A stretch of DNA of 37,588 bases from Acidobacteriaceae bacterium (lineage in GTDB: Bacteria; Acidobacteriota; Terriglobia; Terriglobales; Acidobacteriaceae). The stretch lies in contig PLUJ01000273.1 of NCBI GenBank assembly GCA_003165455.1, positions 1-37,588 of the forward strand, written 5' to 3'. This document shows positions 19,724 to 27,894 of the stretch, piece after piece. The notes beneath the pieces are model-generated. The model saw only the letters and a list, made by a program, of their open reading frames with translations, was not told the DNA's origin and made no database searches. The number at the start of each line of letters is the position of its first letter. Within the stretch, counting starts at the first letter, position 1. A program made the position numbers and the translations under genes.

Positions 19724-20074
19724 CTACGCGATCGGGGCTTCTTCTGCGGCGCTGACCGAATCGAAGAAGCGGAAGAATTGCTCGACGCGCGTAACCTTGA
19801 GCGCATTGTGAATCCGTTCGCTCACTCCCACCAGTGACAGGTTTCGTCCGCTATTCTGTCGCGTAACGTAGGCTCCGACCAGCGCACCGATGCCCGCTGA
19901 ATCCACGTACGGAACATTGCTGAAATCGATGATGAGCGAACGCGAAGTGTCCCCTCGCACGGTCGATTGAAACTCGAACATAGTGGCGATCACGAGCGCA
20001 CCTTCAAGGCGAAGAACGCGCTGTCCCGGCTGCGCTCCAGGACGATCCTCAATACGCAGAAAATCCTGAGTCAT
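19724..20074 (-). CDS. STAS-domain anti-sigma-factor antagonist (SpoIIAA/RsbV-like), orphan
   Basis: 116 aa with the typical ..IIDFSNVPYVDSAGIGALVGAY..LSLVGVSERIHNALKVTRVEQFF.. No partner kinase or phosphatase is present in the window. Confidence 0.8.
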   Translation of the reverse strand: MTQDFLRIEDRPGAQPGQRVLRLEGALVIATMFEFQSTVRGDTSRSLIIDFSNVPYVDSAGIGALVGAYVTRQNSGRNLSLVGVSERIHNALKVTRVEQFFRFFDSVSAAEEAPIA

Positions 20075-20215
20075 GGCGAGATATTAACCCTAGTGTAACT
20101 TTAGATTGTTAAAGCCGGGTTAATTTACACCGAAGGGCCGGTCTGACCGATTGCGAAACAACAGTGCAAACTTAAGATCTTGCCAGGGTGTAATGTATAA
20201 GTTACACTCGAAACA

Positions 20216-20541
20216 GTGATCGAAATTCGCCGCTGCGTCACCGAAACAGGCAGAGACGTCTTCGGCGATAGGTTGGCACGGCTGAAGGACAATCGCACCC
20301 AGGCAAAAATTATTGCCCGGCTGGATCGCCTGTCCGCTGGCAACTTTGGAGACTGCAAGCGCTCCGCGGAGGTTTCGAGCTTCGTGTCGATTGGGGACCG
20401 GGTTATCGCGTTTATTGCTCAATGGTTGGCAAATTCTGCGTTCTGCTGCTCTGCGGCGGAGACAAGCGCAAACAATCGCGCGACATTGCACGCGCACTGG
20501 AACACCTCAAGGACTATTCAGAAAGGGTACACATCTCATGA
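20216..20541 (+). pseudogene. Type II toxin, 'addiction module killer' (Gp49/PF05973, HigB/RelE-superfamily), disrupted by a frameshift near 20357-20362
   Basis: Frame 1 reads MIEIRRCVTETGRDVFGDRLARLKDNRTQAKIIARLDRLSAGNFGDCK. The family continuation ALRGGFELRVDWGPGYRVYCSMVGKFCVLLLCGGDKRKQSRDIARALEHLKDYSERVHIS* lies in the -1 frame and ends in a TGA that overlaps the antitoxin ATG (ATGA). Confidence 0.7.
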
Positions 20542-20843
20542 AACGCAAGGCGAGCATCTCGCACGAGGAGGCTACGATTCGCTATCTGCGGGACAATCCT
20601 GGCTTCGCAGTCGAGTACCTCAGAACTGCACTGGAAGATGCAGACGAACCTGCCGTACTACTGATCGCCCTGCGCCGCATTGCTCAGGCCAGGGGCGGCC
20701 TTGCGAAAATAGCCAAAAGCGCTGGCATAGAACGTGAGAGCCTTTATCGCGCCTTGTCGAAGCGCGGCAATCCCCGGCTCTCCACCCTGGTCGCAGTAAC
20801 CAAGGCAGTAGGGTTAAAGCTCACCGTTGAACCCAGAGCATGA
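20538..20843 (+). CDS. Type II antitoxin, 'addiction module antidote protein' (HigA-family HTH, TIGR02684-like)
   Basis: MKRKASISHEEATIRYLRDNPGFAVEYLRTALEDADEPAVLLIALRRIAQARGGLAKIAKSAGIERESLYRALSKRGNPRLSTLVAVTKAVGLKLTV. Matches my memory of the family consensus (..AEYL..AL..GD...L..AL..VA.A.G....A...G..RE.LYKALS..GNP...T...V..ALG..L). Confidence 0.8.
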   Translation: MKRKASISHEEATIRYLRDNPGFAVEYLRTALEDADEPAVLLIALRRIAQARGGLAKIAKSAGIERESLYRALSKRGNPRLSTLVAVTKAVGLKLTVEPRA

Positions 20844-20892
20844 ATTTCTCGGATTAGAACTGTGCGCCGCAATGAAATGCCATTGCTGCCGC

Positions 20893-22944
20893 CTAGATCA
20901 CCGCTGCCTGCTCTCGCCGCTTCGCTTGAATCTCAATAAAGACATTCACCAGCGACACAGCCGCCGGTGTCACTCCCGGAATGCGCGAGGCCTGCGCCAA
21001 AGTTCGCGGCTGCACATGACTCAGTTTCTCCTGCATCTCGTGCGATAGGCCGCTCACCGAGTGATAATCGAACCATCCCGGAATTGAGCGCTGCTCCGAC
21101 TTCTTCATGCGTTCCATGGCGCGCTGCTGCTGCAGCAAATAGCCTTCGTACTTAATCTCCGTTTCAACCGACTTGAGTTCGTTACGGACTTCAGAAGTAA
21201 GCTTTGCCGTCAATGCACCCGCATCTGTCCCATCTTCTCGCTCAAAGAAATGCGGATCCAGTTCACGCAAGACAGGCGCGAGTTTTTCAATCGAGATTTC
21301 TGGCCGCTTCAGCAACTGCGCCAGGGTCAGGCCGACAACAGACGTGGGCAGTCCCTCGAAACTTGTGGGGACGGGCGACTCGCCCGTCCAGTTCCCATCG
21401 ATCATCTTCCGATCGCCCATCTTCCCATCGATCATCGCCTGCGTGATCTTCGTCTTATCTAAAATCCGCTTTACATTTTCCAGGCGCAACTGCTTGGCTT
21501 GAAAATCATCCCACGCGGAATCTGAGATCAGGCTAACCCGCCGCCCATGCGGAGTGAGACGCCGATCGGCATTGTCGATGCGCAGATGCAAACGGAATTC
21601 CGCGCGCGAAGTGAACATCCGGTAAGGCTCGTTCGTCCCTTTCGAAATCAGATCGTCGATCAGGATCGCAGTGTAGGCCTCCGTGCGGTCGAGAATCAGC
21701 GGAGCCTGCTGCTTCACCTGCAACGCCGCGTTAATTCCCGCCATCAGCCCCTGGCATGCGGCTTCCTCATATCCGGATGTGCCGTTAATCTGCCCCGCCA
21801 GAAACAGACTGGAAATCTTTTTCGTTTCAAGAGTACGGTGCAATTCCGTTGGATCGATCGAATCATATTCAATGGCATAGCCAGGCCGCAGCATCTCCGC
21901 ATTATCGAGGCCGGGAATCGACTTCAATATCTCCAGCTGCACTTCCACCGGCAGAGACGTGCTCATGCCGTTGACATAAATCTCGTGCGTGTTCAATCCC
22001 TCGGGCTCGAGATAAAGCTGGTGCATCTCCTTGTCGGGAAACTTCACGATCTTGTCTTCAATCGACGGACAATATCGTGGCCCGATAGATTGGATCTGGC
22101 CGCTATACATGGGCGAACGATGCACGTTCTCGCGAATGATGCGATGAGTCTCGGGAGAAGTCCACGCGATATAGCAGGGAATTTGCGAATCGTGATGCGC
22201 CACGCGCCTGGTGCGAAAACTGAACGGCGTCGGATCGTCATCGCCCGGCTGAAGCGTAAAGCGCGACCAGTCGATAGTCCGCCCATCCAGGCGCGGCGGC
22301 GTGCCCGTCTTCAGCCGGCAGCCGCGCAAACCCAAACCCTTCAAGGACTCGCCCAGTAAAACCGCATTCGGCTCGCCAGAGCGTCCAGCCGGATATTGCT
22401 GCTCGCCGCAATGGATCAGCCCATTCAGAAAAGTTCCGGTCGTTATGATGACCGCTTGCGCGCCAACTGTGCGGCCATCACGCAGGTTGATGCCACGCAC
22501 GACACGAGATCCTTCGCTGCGCCCAGAATGAAGATGGCCCGTCTCATCGTCTTCGACGATCAGACTGGCCACTTCGGCCTGCTTGATTTTTAGATTCGCT
22601 TGCGACTCGAGCACCTCGCGCATCTTCAGGCGATAGGCTTGCTTGTCGCACTGCGCGCGCGGAGACCACACCGCTGGGCCGCGCGAAGTATTGAGCAGAC
22701 GAAACTGAATACCGACTGCGTCTGTGATCTCGCCCATGATGCCGCCGAGCGCGTCGACCTCGCGAACCAAGTGTCCCTTGGCAATGCCGCCGATGGCGGG
22801 ATTGCAGGACATCTGCGCGATCAGGTCGACGTTCAACGTGTAGAGGGCAGTCTTCAATCCCATGCGCGAAGCAGCCATGGCGGCTTCGCATCCGGCGTGG
22901 CCTGCGCCAACTATGACGACGTCGAATTGTTCTGTGAAGTGCAT
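20893..22944 (-). CDS. mnmG: tRNA uridine 5-carboxymethylaminomethyl modification enzyme MnmG (GidA)
   Basis: ORF 20893..22989. ATG at 22944 (M16) gives [22 protein letters not shown] (FAD GxGxxG). Also [34 protein letters not shown] and PGVTPAA. Lineage-specific insertions lie at about aa 147-160 and 515-555. Confidence 0.95.
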   Translation of the reverse strand: MHFTEQFDVVIVGAGHAGCEAAMAASRMGLKTALYTLNVDLIAQMSCNPAIGGIAKGHLVREVDALGGIMGEITDAVGIQFRLLNTSRGPAVWSPRAQCDKQAYRLKMREVLESQANLKIKQAEVASLIVEDDETGHLHSGRSEGSRVVRGINLRDGRTVGAQAVIITTGTFLNGLIHCGEQQYPAGRSGEPNAVLLGESLKGLGLRGCRLKTGTPPRLDGRTIDWSRFTLQPGDDDPTPFSFRTRRVAHHDSQIPCYIAWTSPETHRIIRENVHRSPMYSGQIQSIGPRYCPSIEDKIVKFPDKEMHQLYLEPEGLNTHEIYVNGMSTSLPVEVQLEILKSIPGLDNAEMLRPGYAIEYDSIDPTELHRTLETKKISSLFLAGQINGTSGYEEAACQGLMAGINAALQVKQQAPLILDRTEAYTAILIDDLISKGTNEPYRMFTSRAEFRLHLRIDNADRRLTPHGRRVSLISDSAWDDFQAKQLRLENVKRILDKTKITQAMIDGKMGDRKMIDGNWTGESPVPTSFEGLPTSVVGLTLAQLLKRPEISIEKLAPVLRELDPHFFEREDGTDAGALTAKLTSEVRNELKSVETEIKYEGYLLQQQRAMERMKKSEQRSIPGWFDYHSVSGLSHEMQEKLSHVQPRTLAQASRIPGVTPAAVSLVNVFIEIQAKRREQAAVI

Positions 22945-23022
22945 GAGGAAGAAAGCCGCTCGATGCTTCATTCTAGCAAGTGAAGGCATGCGGCTGGCGG
23001 GGATGGTTGCAAATCACACGAG

Positions 23023-23038
23023 TGTTCCACGTGGAACA
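23023..23038. promoter_or_regulatory. Perfect 16-bp palindrome TGTTCCACGTGGAACA upstream of mnmG; candidate operator
   Basis: Read directly from the sequence. It lies 34 to ~80 nt upstream of the candidate mnmG starts. It shares the 11-mer GTGTTCCACGT with a site abutting the RBS of the 16062-16523 gene. Confidence 0.3.
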
Positions 23039-23174
23039 TTGAGAATTAGCAAAAGGCAAATTTGCAAGTGGTTGATTCTTCGTGTGGGCGATTTCGCGCA
23101 GCAATAGAATCAAGGGGTTGGGCTGTGGATGGAACGTCTACTTTCGAGGGTACTGGATGGCTACTAAAGTAGAC

Positions 23175-23204
23175 TTGACAAGGGTGCCGTGTACTTTTTA
23201 TAGT
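23175..23204 (+). promoter_or_regulatory. Near-consensus sigma70-type promoter TTGACA-N18-TATAGT with no obvious gene immediately downstream
   Basis: Read directly from the sequence. The next plus-strand CDS starts 470 nt away, at 23674. Confidence 0.3.
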
Positions 23205-23300
23205 ACTGCACTTTTGGCGAGATATTCGTTTTTGTTTCGCTCGACGGCGGGGGCAATGGACAAACTGTCGCGCACGCTTCACAGGTTGCCACCTGAAACA

Positions 23301-23412
23301 GCAGATTCCTCCCGGCCCTTCCCCTTCCTGACGGAAGGTGAAGCTTAGTCGGAATGACAAGGTTTGTTTTCTGCTCTGGCGGCGCGGCTATAAGGTCGTG
23401 CCCTTCCCGAGA
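23301..23412. repeat. Composite REP-like elements: family A copy (23301-23362) plus family B core (23396-23409, inverted)
   Basis: Family A copy: GCAGATTCCTC-[11-bp stem cttccccttcc/tgac/ggaaggtgaag]-..GTCGGAATGACAAGG. Family B core: tcgtgcccttcccg, the reverse complement of CGGGAAGGGCACGA at 10395. Confidence 0.6.
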
Positions 23413-23495
23413 TGATTCAGAGGCAAGGTCAAAGGCAGCGGGCAAGAGTGGCGCCCGTCCCACACGTCCCGTTCCAAGTATCTCTATCATTTCGA

Positions 23496-23524
23496 TTGAC
23501 ATGATCGCGTTAATTAGCTATTCT
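23496..23524 (+). promoter_or_regulatory. Promoter candidate TTGACA-N17-TATTCT upstream of the histidine phosphatase gene
   Basis: Perfect -35 with optimal spacing, about 150 nt upstream of GTG 23674. A 7-bp hairpin, gattgcc-aagc-ggcaatc, lies in the putative leader. Confidence 0.3.
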
Positions 23525-23673
23525 CTCTTTCACTGCTTCACGGATTGCCAAGCGGCAATCAGGCCCTCTCCCAGCGCCGAGTAAACCGTGAAAGCATGCA
23601 GTCCCTAGCCCTCGCTAGCGCCTCAATCGTTGTCGGTATCGCCAGGTGAAATCAAGAGAATCGCGGAGGAACA

Positions 23674-24333
23674 GTGGGAAAACTGTTGATTATTCGGCAT
23701 GGACATACATCCCTCAATCTACCCGGAAAAGACGAGCGCCTGCGCGGCTGGCTCGACGTTCCGCTCGATCAGGAAGGGCTCGCCGAAGCGGCTGAGACTG
23801 CGGACTTCATCCGGCAAAATCACGAAGTGGATTCCGTTTACTGCTCGGATCTTCGGCGGGCCCGCCAGACTGGCGAGGTAATAAGCCGCAAGACCGGAGC
23901 GACCATAACCTACACCGGCGATTTGCGCCCGTGGAATCTGGGTGTCTTCTGCGGCCAGCGCGTGCGTGAAATCATTCCATTCCTCACGCTGCTGAATCAG
24001 CACCCAGAGCTCGCCGCTCCCAGCGGGGAATCCTTTTACCAGTTTTATGGCAGGTATTCCCACCGGTTAAGCGCTTTACTGGCGGAAGCCGAAAACTCTG
24101 TCCACAGCATCGCGGTCGTAACCCACGTCCGCAACCTTCTTGCCAGTACCAACATTATTCTGGGCGGCAATAAGGACAAAGTGCCGGTAAAAGGAGGTCC
24201 GCATACCGGCTCCCTCATGGTAGTCGAAAAAATTTGTGGCATTTGGACCATGTATACCGGCTCCCCCGCCAATCTAATGGACTCTCCCCAGCCGCAAGAT
24301 TTGGCAGCCCTCCAACCCATCGCGGCAGCGTAG
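23674..24333 (+). CDS. Histidine phosphatase superfamily (phosphoglycerate-mutase-like) protein
   Basis: GTG start with GGAGGA upstream. LLIIRHGHT (RHG catalytic motif), ..DLRRARQT.. and a second His in VVTHVRN. Confidence 0.75.
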   Translation: MGKLLIIRHGHTSLNLPGKDERLRGWLDVPLDQEGLAEAAETADFIRQNHEVDSVYCSDLRRARQTGEVISRKTGATITYTGDLRPWNLGVFCGQRVREIIPFLTLLNQHPELAAPSGESFYQFYGRYSHRLSALLAEAENSVHSIAVVTHVRNLLASTNIILGGNKDKVPVKGGPHTGSLMVVEKICGIWTMYTGSPANLMDSPQPQDLAALQPIAAA

Positions 24334-24465
24334 GGACGCCCGGCATACTGTCTCGGCGAAGCCAGCTGTAAAGACAATTCCGGACTTCCCCGCCAAGAAG
24401 GGAAGCCGGGAGATTCGCAGTGACGTGCATTTTTGAATCTGAGAAGCAGCGCAAGGAGCCCAATA

Positions 24466-25395
24466 ATGATCGAACAAAATGGCATCGAAAAAGTTCAGAA
24501 AAACAACAGCGGGAAACAAAAAAAGCCGACCTCAGCGCTTAAAAAGTTACGCCGGAAATTTGCCAAGACCAGACTCAGAACCGCACTTGTCTGGTATTGC
24601 CATCGCGGCCTGGAGCCCGCCGACGTATACTTCGCGGCCTATCCCAAATCCGGCAGTACCTGGTCACGGTTCGTGCTGTTCGAAATCCTTACCGGCATGT
24701 CCGCCGGCTTCCGGAAGACAAATACGCAGATGGGGGGCGTGGGTCTCCACCGCCAGGCGATGCGGTTGCTCCCTGGCGGAGGCCGTCTCCTAGCCACCCA
24801 CGAGGATTATCAAAAGCAGTATGGCAAGGCCATCTACATTGTGCGCGATCCGCGCGACATTGTTTTGGCGGAGTATGCGTTTCTTACAGCGCTCGACTTA
24901 TACCACGTCAGCCTGGACGAGTTCATCAAAATTGCCATCAGTTCCGTCATGGACCACGGATGGGGACCGTGGCAACACCACATCTCAAGCTGGTTAGATT
25001 CGCCGATTGCAGGAACCGAGAATATGTTGCTGCTCCGCTTTGAAGATCTCCGGAAGGATCCCGTGGAAGGCTTTGCCCGGATGGTCGATTTTCTCGGCGT
25101 CGATGTGAAGTTGGACAAAGTTCGCGCGGCAGTGGAAAACAATACCATCCAAAGGATGCGGGAGAAAGAGGACAAGGAACCCGTACGATCTTCGATTCGT
25201 GGACGGTTCGTCCGCGAGGGCGCGGTGCGAGGCTGGCTTTCCAAGCTCACCCCGGCGCAGGCCCTTTTCATCGAAAAGCATGCTGGCGATGCCATGGCGC
25301 GCCTAGGATACCCGCGTTTCTCTGAACTCAACGCCGAAGCCGCTGTGCGCTCTGAAGCGCCAAACCCGCTCCTCGACACGTTACTTCGGGCTTAA
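24466..25395 (+). CDS. PAPS-dependent sulfotransferase (Sulfotransfer_1-type)
   Basis: ATG at 24466 (M12 of ORF 24433..25395) with AGGAG 7 nt upstream. 5'-PSB loop YPKSGSTW. 3'-PB region IYIVRDPRDIVLAEY. Also ..LLLRFEDL.. Confidence 0.8.
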   Translation: MIEQNGIEKVQKNNSGKQKKPTSALKKLRRKFAKTRLRTALVWYCHRGLEPADVYFAAYPKSGSTWSRFVLFEILTGMSAGFRKTNTQMGGVGLHRQAMRLLPGGGRLLATHEDYQKQYGKAIYIVRDPRDIVLAEYAFLTALDLYHVSLDEFIKIAISSVMDHGWGPWQHHISSWLDSPIAGTENMLLLRFEDLRKDPVEGFARMVDFLGVDVKLDKVRAAVENNTIQRMREKEDKEPVRSSIRGRFVREGAVRGWLSKLTPAQALFIEKHAGDAMARLGYPRFSELNAEAAVRSEAPNPLLDTLLRA

Positions 25396-25461
25396 TCGCA
25401 AGTCTGGCTCATTGAATTTTGGTCCAGATGAGGTGAAGATGAGAGAAGACGCGGTGAATCG

Positions 25462-26643
25462 ATGACTATGGTGGCTACGTTACAAGAACCGGAGAACAGA
25501 ACAGAAAATAAGGAAAGCAGCCACACTAAGTCACTCGCCGTGCCATCCACAAAAGCTCAGCCGATTGACGCGGCGCCAGCCGGCGTCCCGCCCATTTTCG
25601 TGGTGGGCGTATGGCGTTGCGGCTCGACCCTGTTGTATTTATTGCTGAATCAGCACCCGGATATTCGCCTGTTCTTTGAATCCGACCTTCCTGTGCTGTG
25701 GCCGATGTTTCGACTGCCCTGGACACGCCGGTCTTGGGTGGAAAGGTGGGAATACTGGAATGCCAGCGTTAGCCGCCATGACCTTGATCCGGCGCGCCTT
25801 GCTGCGCCAGTAACTTCGCTGGCCGAGGCGTTCACATTGGCCGGTCGTGAGTACGCCGGCCAAAAAGGCAAAAAAATCTGGGGATGCAAGTCGCCCACCT
25901 ATTATGACCGGCTCGACTATCTCGCTAAGGAATTTCCCGGTGCGCGCTTTATCGTGGTCTGGCGCGATCCCGAAGAGATCTGCCGCAGCGTGATCCATGC
26001 CGCCGCCCGCTCCGGGTTTTCTGGGAGTTGGTTTGCCCGCCGTGGCACCAACCACCGGTCGGTGCTCGCCTCCAAGACTTTGCAGAAACAAGTGCAAAAG
26101 CTGCTGCGCATGGGCGCTTCGGTCCACCAAATGCATTATCGCGATCTGGTCAACGACACCGCGAAAACCATGCAGAGCGTTTGCGAGTTCCTCGCCGTTC
26201 CATTCGATCCATCGGTTACCGTTCTTGACCAGGCCGACCGCTCCGCCGTCTACAAAGGCGAACATCACACTCTTGCCCGAAGCGGCGATATTGTCTCCAC
26301 CAAAGATCGCCACCAACCGCTTCCGCCGCCGCTCGCCGATAAAATCAATCGCTACCGCACGCTCTGGAGGTCGAAGTACGGCGACAAATGGCTTCTAAGC
26401 GAGCGGTTCTCCGAAACGGCGGCCACCAAACCGAGCCTGTGGGAACGAGCGTGGGATCGCTTATTATTTGTGGCTCTGCACATCCGCGACGTTACCCCAC
26501 AGATTGCCTTCTCGATTCTGCCCCTGAGCGCTTGGCACTTCTACCGCTGGCTCAAATACGAAGATGCCCAAAGCGTCCATCGCCAGCTCACCAACAAACC
26601 CCCAGTTATTAAGCCTCACTCTAGCCCGAAGCGCCCGCGATAA
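25462..26643 (+). CDS. Second sulfotransferase (Sulfotransfer_3-type) with a C-terminal hydrophobic/amphipathic tail
   Basis: PIFVVGVWRCGSTLLYLLLNQHPDI (PSB loop), FIVVWRDPEEICRSV and YRDLVNDTAKTMQSVCEFLAVPFD. The C-terminus LLFVALHIRDVTPQIAFSILPLSAWHFYRWL suggests membrane association. Confidence 0.7.
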   Translation: MTMVATLQEPENRTENKESSHTKSLAVPSTKAQPIDAAPAGVPPIFVVGVWRCGSTLLYLLLNQHPDIRLFFESDLPVLWPMFRLPWTRRSWVERWEYWNASVSRHDLDPARLAAPVTSLAEAFTLAGREYAGQKGKKIWGCKSPTYYDRLDYLAKEFPGARFIVVWRDPEEICRSVIHAAARSGFSGSWFARRGTNHRSVLASKTLQKQVQKLLRMGASVHQMHYRDLVNDTAKTMQSVCEFLAVPFDPSVTVLDQADRSAVYKGEHHTLARSGDIVSTKDRHQPLPPPLADKINRYRTLWRSKYGDKWLLSERFSETAATKPSLWERAWDRLLFVALHIRDVTPQIAFSILPLSAWHFYRWLKYEDAQSVHRQLTNKPPVIKPHSSPKRPR

Positions 26644-26755
26644 GGCACGGAGTCGCCGAAACGTTTTTCGCGTTCTCCGAAGGGGTAGGGATGTTGGTCA
26701 ATCCTGCCTTCACTCTTACCGGGTGCACCGGGCCAGACTTCCGCATCCAACCCCC

Positions 26756-27745
26756 ATGCGTACGATCACGTTGGAAGAACACTTTGTTACTGAGTCGTTT
26801 GTGAAGGCGACCGAGATTCCTGGGCATAGCGTGCCCGCGCCGATCGCGCAGCTTCGACCGAAGCTTCTCGATTTGGGTGCGGGAAGAATTGCGGCGATGG
26901 ACGAGGCGTCGATCGACTATCAGGTTCTGTCGCTTGCCTCGATGGGGCTGGATGCGCTGGCGGCGGATGTGGCTACGCCTTTGGTCCGCGATATAAATGA
27001 AGAACTGGCCGAGGCGGTGAAGGCGAATCCCACGCGTTTGGGAGGGTTCGCTGCGCTGGCGTTGCGAGACCCGAAGGCGGCGGCGAAGGAGTTGGAGCGC
27101 TGCATCACGCGCCACGGCTTCTGCGGGCTCTTGCTGGATGGCACGACAGGAGGGCTGTTTCTTGACGATCCGAGCTTTCTTCCGGTGTGGGAGGCTGCGG
27201 CATCGTTGAGGATTCCGGTTTATTTGCACCCCGCGCCGCCGCCGGAGAGGGTTCGCGAAGTTTATTATTCCGGACTGCCGGGCGAGCTGGGGATGCTGCT
27301 CTCGATTGCAGGGTGGGGATGGCACGCCGAGACCGGATTGCATACGCTGCGGCTGATTGTCTCCGGATTGTTTGACCGGTTTCCGAATTTGCAGTTGATG
27401 ATTGGGCACATGGGCGAGGGTTTGCCTTATGCCATGGCTCGATCCAGCGGGATTCTTTCGCGTGCAACGCCGCATCTGCGGCAGCCGGTTGCGGCTTATT
27501 TCCAGACGAACATTCATATCACTACCAGCGGGTATTTCACGCAGCCGCCATTGCGGTGCGCGATGGAGGTGATTGGCATCGATCGAATGATGTTTTCCGT
27601 GGATTATCCGTTTAGCCCGAACACGAACGGGCGAGCATTTCTGGATAGTCTAGCGGGAGTGCTCAGTGCGGGGGATCTTGAGAAGCTTAGCCACGGGAAT
27701 GCGGACAGGGTGCTGAAGTTGCGAGATGCTATCGCGGAGCGGTGA
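26756..27745 (+). CDS. Amidohydrolase_2 (PF04909; ACMSD / hydroxybenzoate-decarboxylase-like) metal-dependent hydrolase or decarboxylase
   Basis: ATG at 26756 (M65 of ORF 26564..27745) gives MRTITLEEHF (E/H metal ligands). Also ..VYLHPAPP.., GHMGEGLPY and MFSVDYPF (conserved Asp). Confidence 0.75.
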   Translation: MRTITLEEHFVTESFVKATEIPGHSVPAPIAQLRPKLLDLGAGRIAAMDEASIDYQVLSLASMGLDALAADVATPLVRDINEELAEAVKANPTRLGGFAALALRDPKAAAKELERCITRHGFCGLLLDGTTGGLFLDDPSFLPVWEAAASLRIPVYLHPAPPPERVREVYYSGLPGELGMLLSIAGWGWHAETGLHTLRLIVSGLFDRFPNLQLMIGHMGEGLPYAMARSSGILSRATPHLRQPVAAYFQTNIHITTSGYFTQPPLRCAMEVIGIDRMMFSVDYPFSPNTNGRAFLDSLAGVLSAGDLEKLSHGNADRVLKLRDAIAER

Positions 27746-27804
27746 GGGCTCATGCGGTTCGGCCGCGGCCGATCAAACACCGCCTGCGTGCTTACGACCA
27801 AAAA

Positions 27805-27867
27805 GCAGATTCCTCACTTCGCTTCCATTCCCTAGCGGGAATGGAAGGCTGCGGTCGGAATGACAGG
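27805..27867. repeat. REP-like element, family A, between convergent genes; likely bidirectional terminator hairpin
   Basis: GCAGATTCCTCACTTCG-[perfect 11-bp stem cttccattccc/tagc/gggaatggaag, 27822-27847]-GCTGCGGTCGGAATGACAGG. Confidence 0.65.
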
Positions 27868-27894
27868 AAGAGACGAGGCTGTTCCTGCGTGCAT

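Noticed and set aside
23310-23345. 'ccttcctgacggaaggtgaagc' looked a little like the SRP (4.5S) RNA domain IV
   Set aside because: It is the internal hairpin of the family A repeat, with the same architecture and a different stem sequence at 27822-27847. The flanks do not form an SRP-like long helix.
22990-23673. Possible chromosomal replication origin next to mnmG (gidA), as in E. coli
   Set aside because: I found no clustered DnaA boxes; the best matches (TGTGGATGG, TGTTCCACG) carry 2-3 mismatches to TTATCCACA. There is no marked AT-rich DUE array, and dnaA, dnaN, parAB and rsmG are all absent nearby. It cannot be excluded without a genome-wide GC skew.
26621-27517. 298-aa minus-strand ORF. 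Similar long antisense ORFs: 5295..6020, 21547..22359, 25639..26316, 33633..34226, 35018..35752 and 35777..36445
   Set aside because: All lie opposite strongly supported genes (amidohydrolase, FDH alpha, mnmG, sulfotransferase, tgt, secD) and translate to Arg/Pro/His-rich nonsense. They are GC-driven shadow ORFs.
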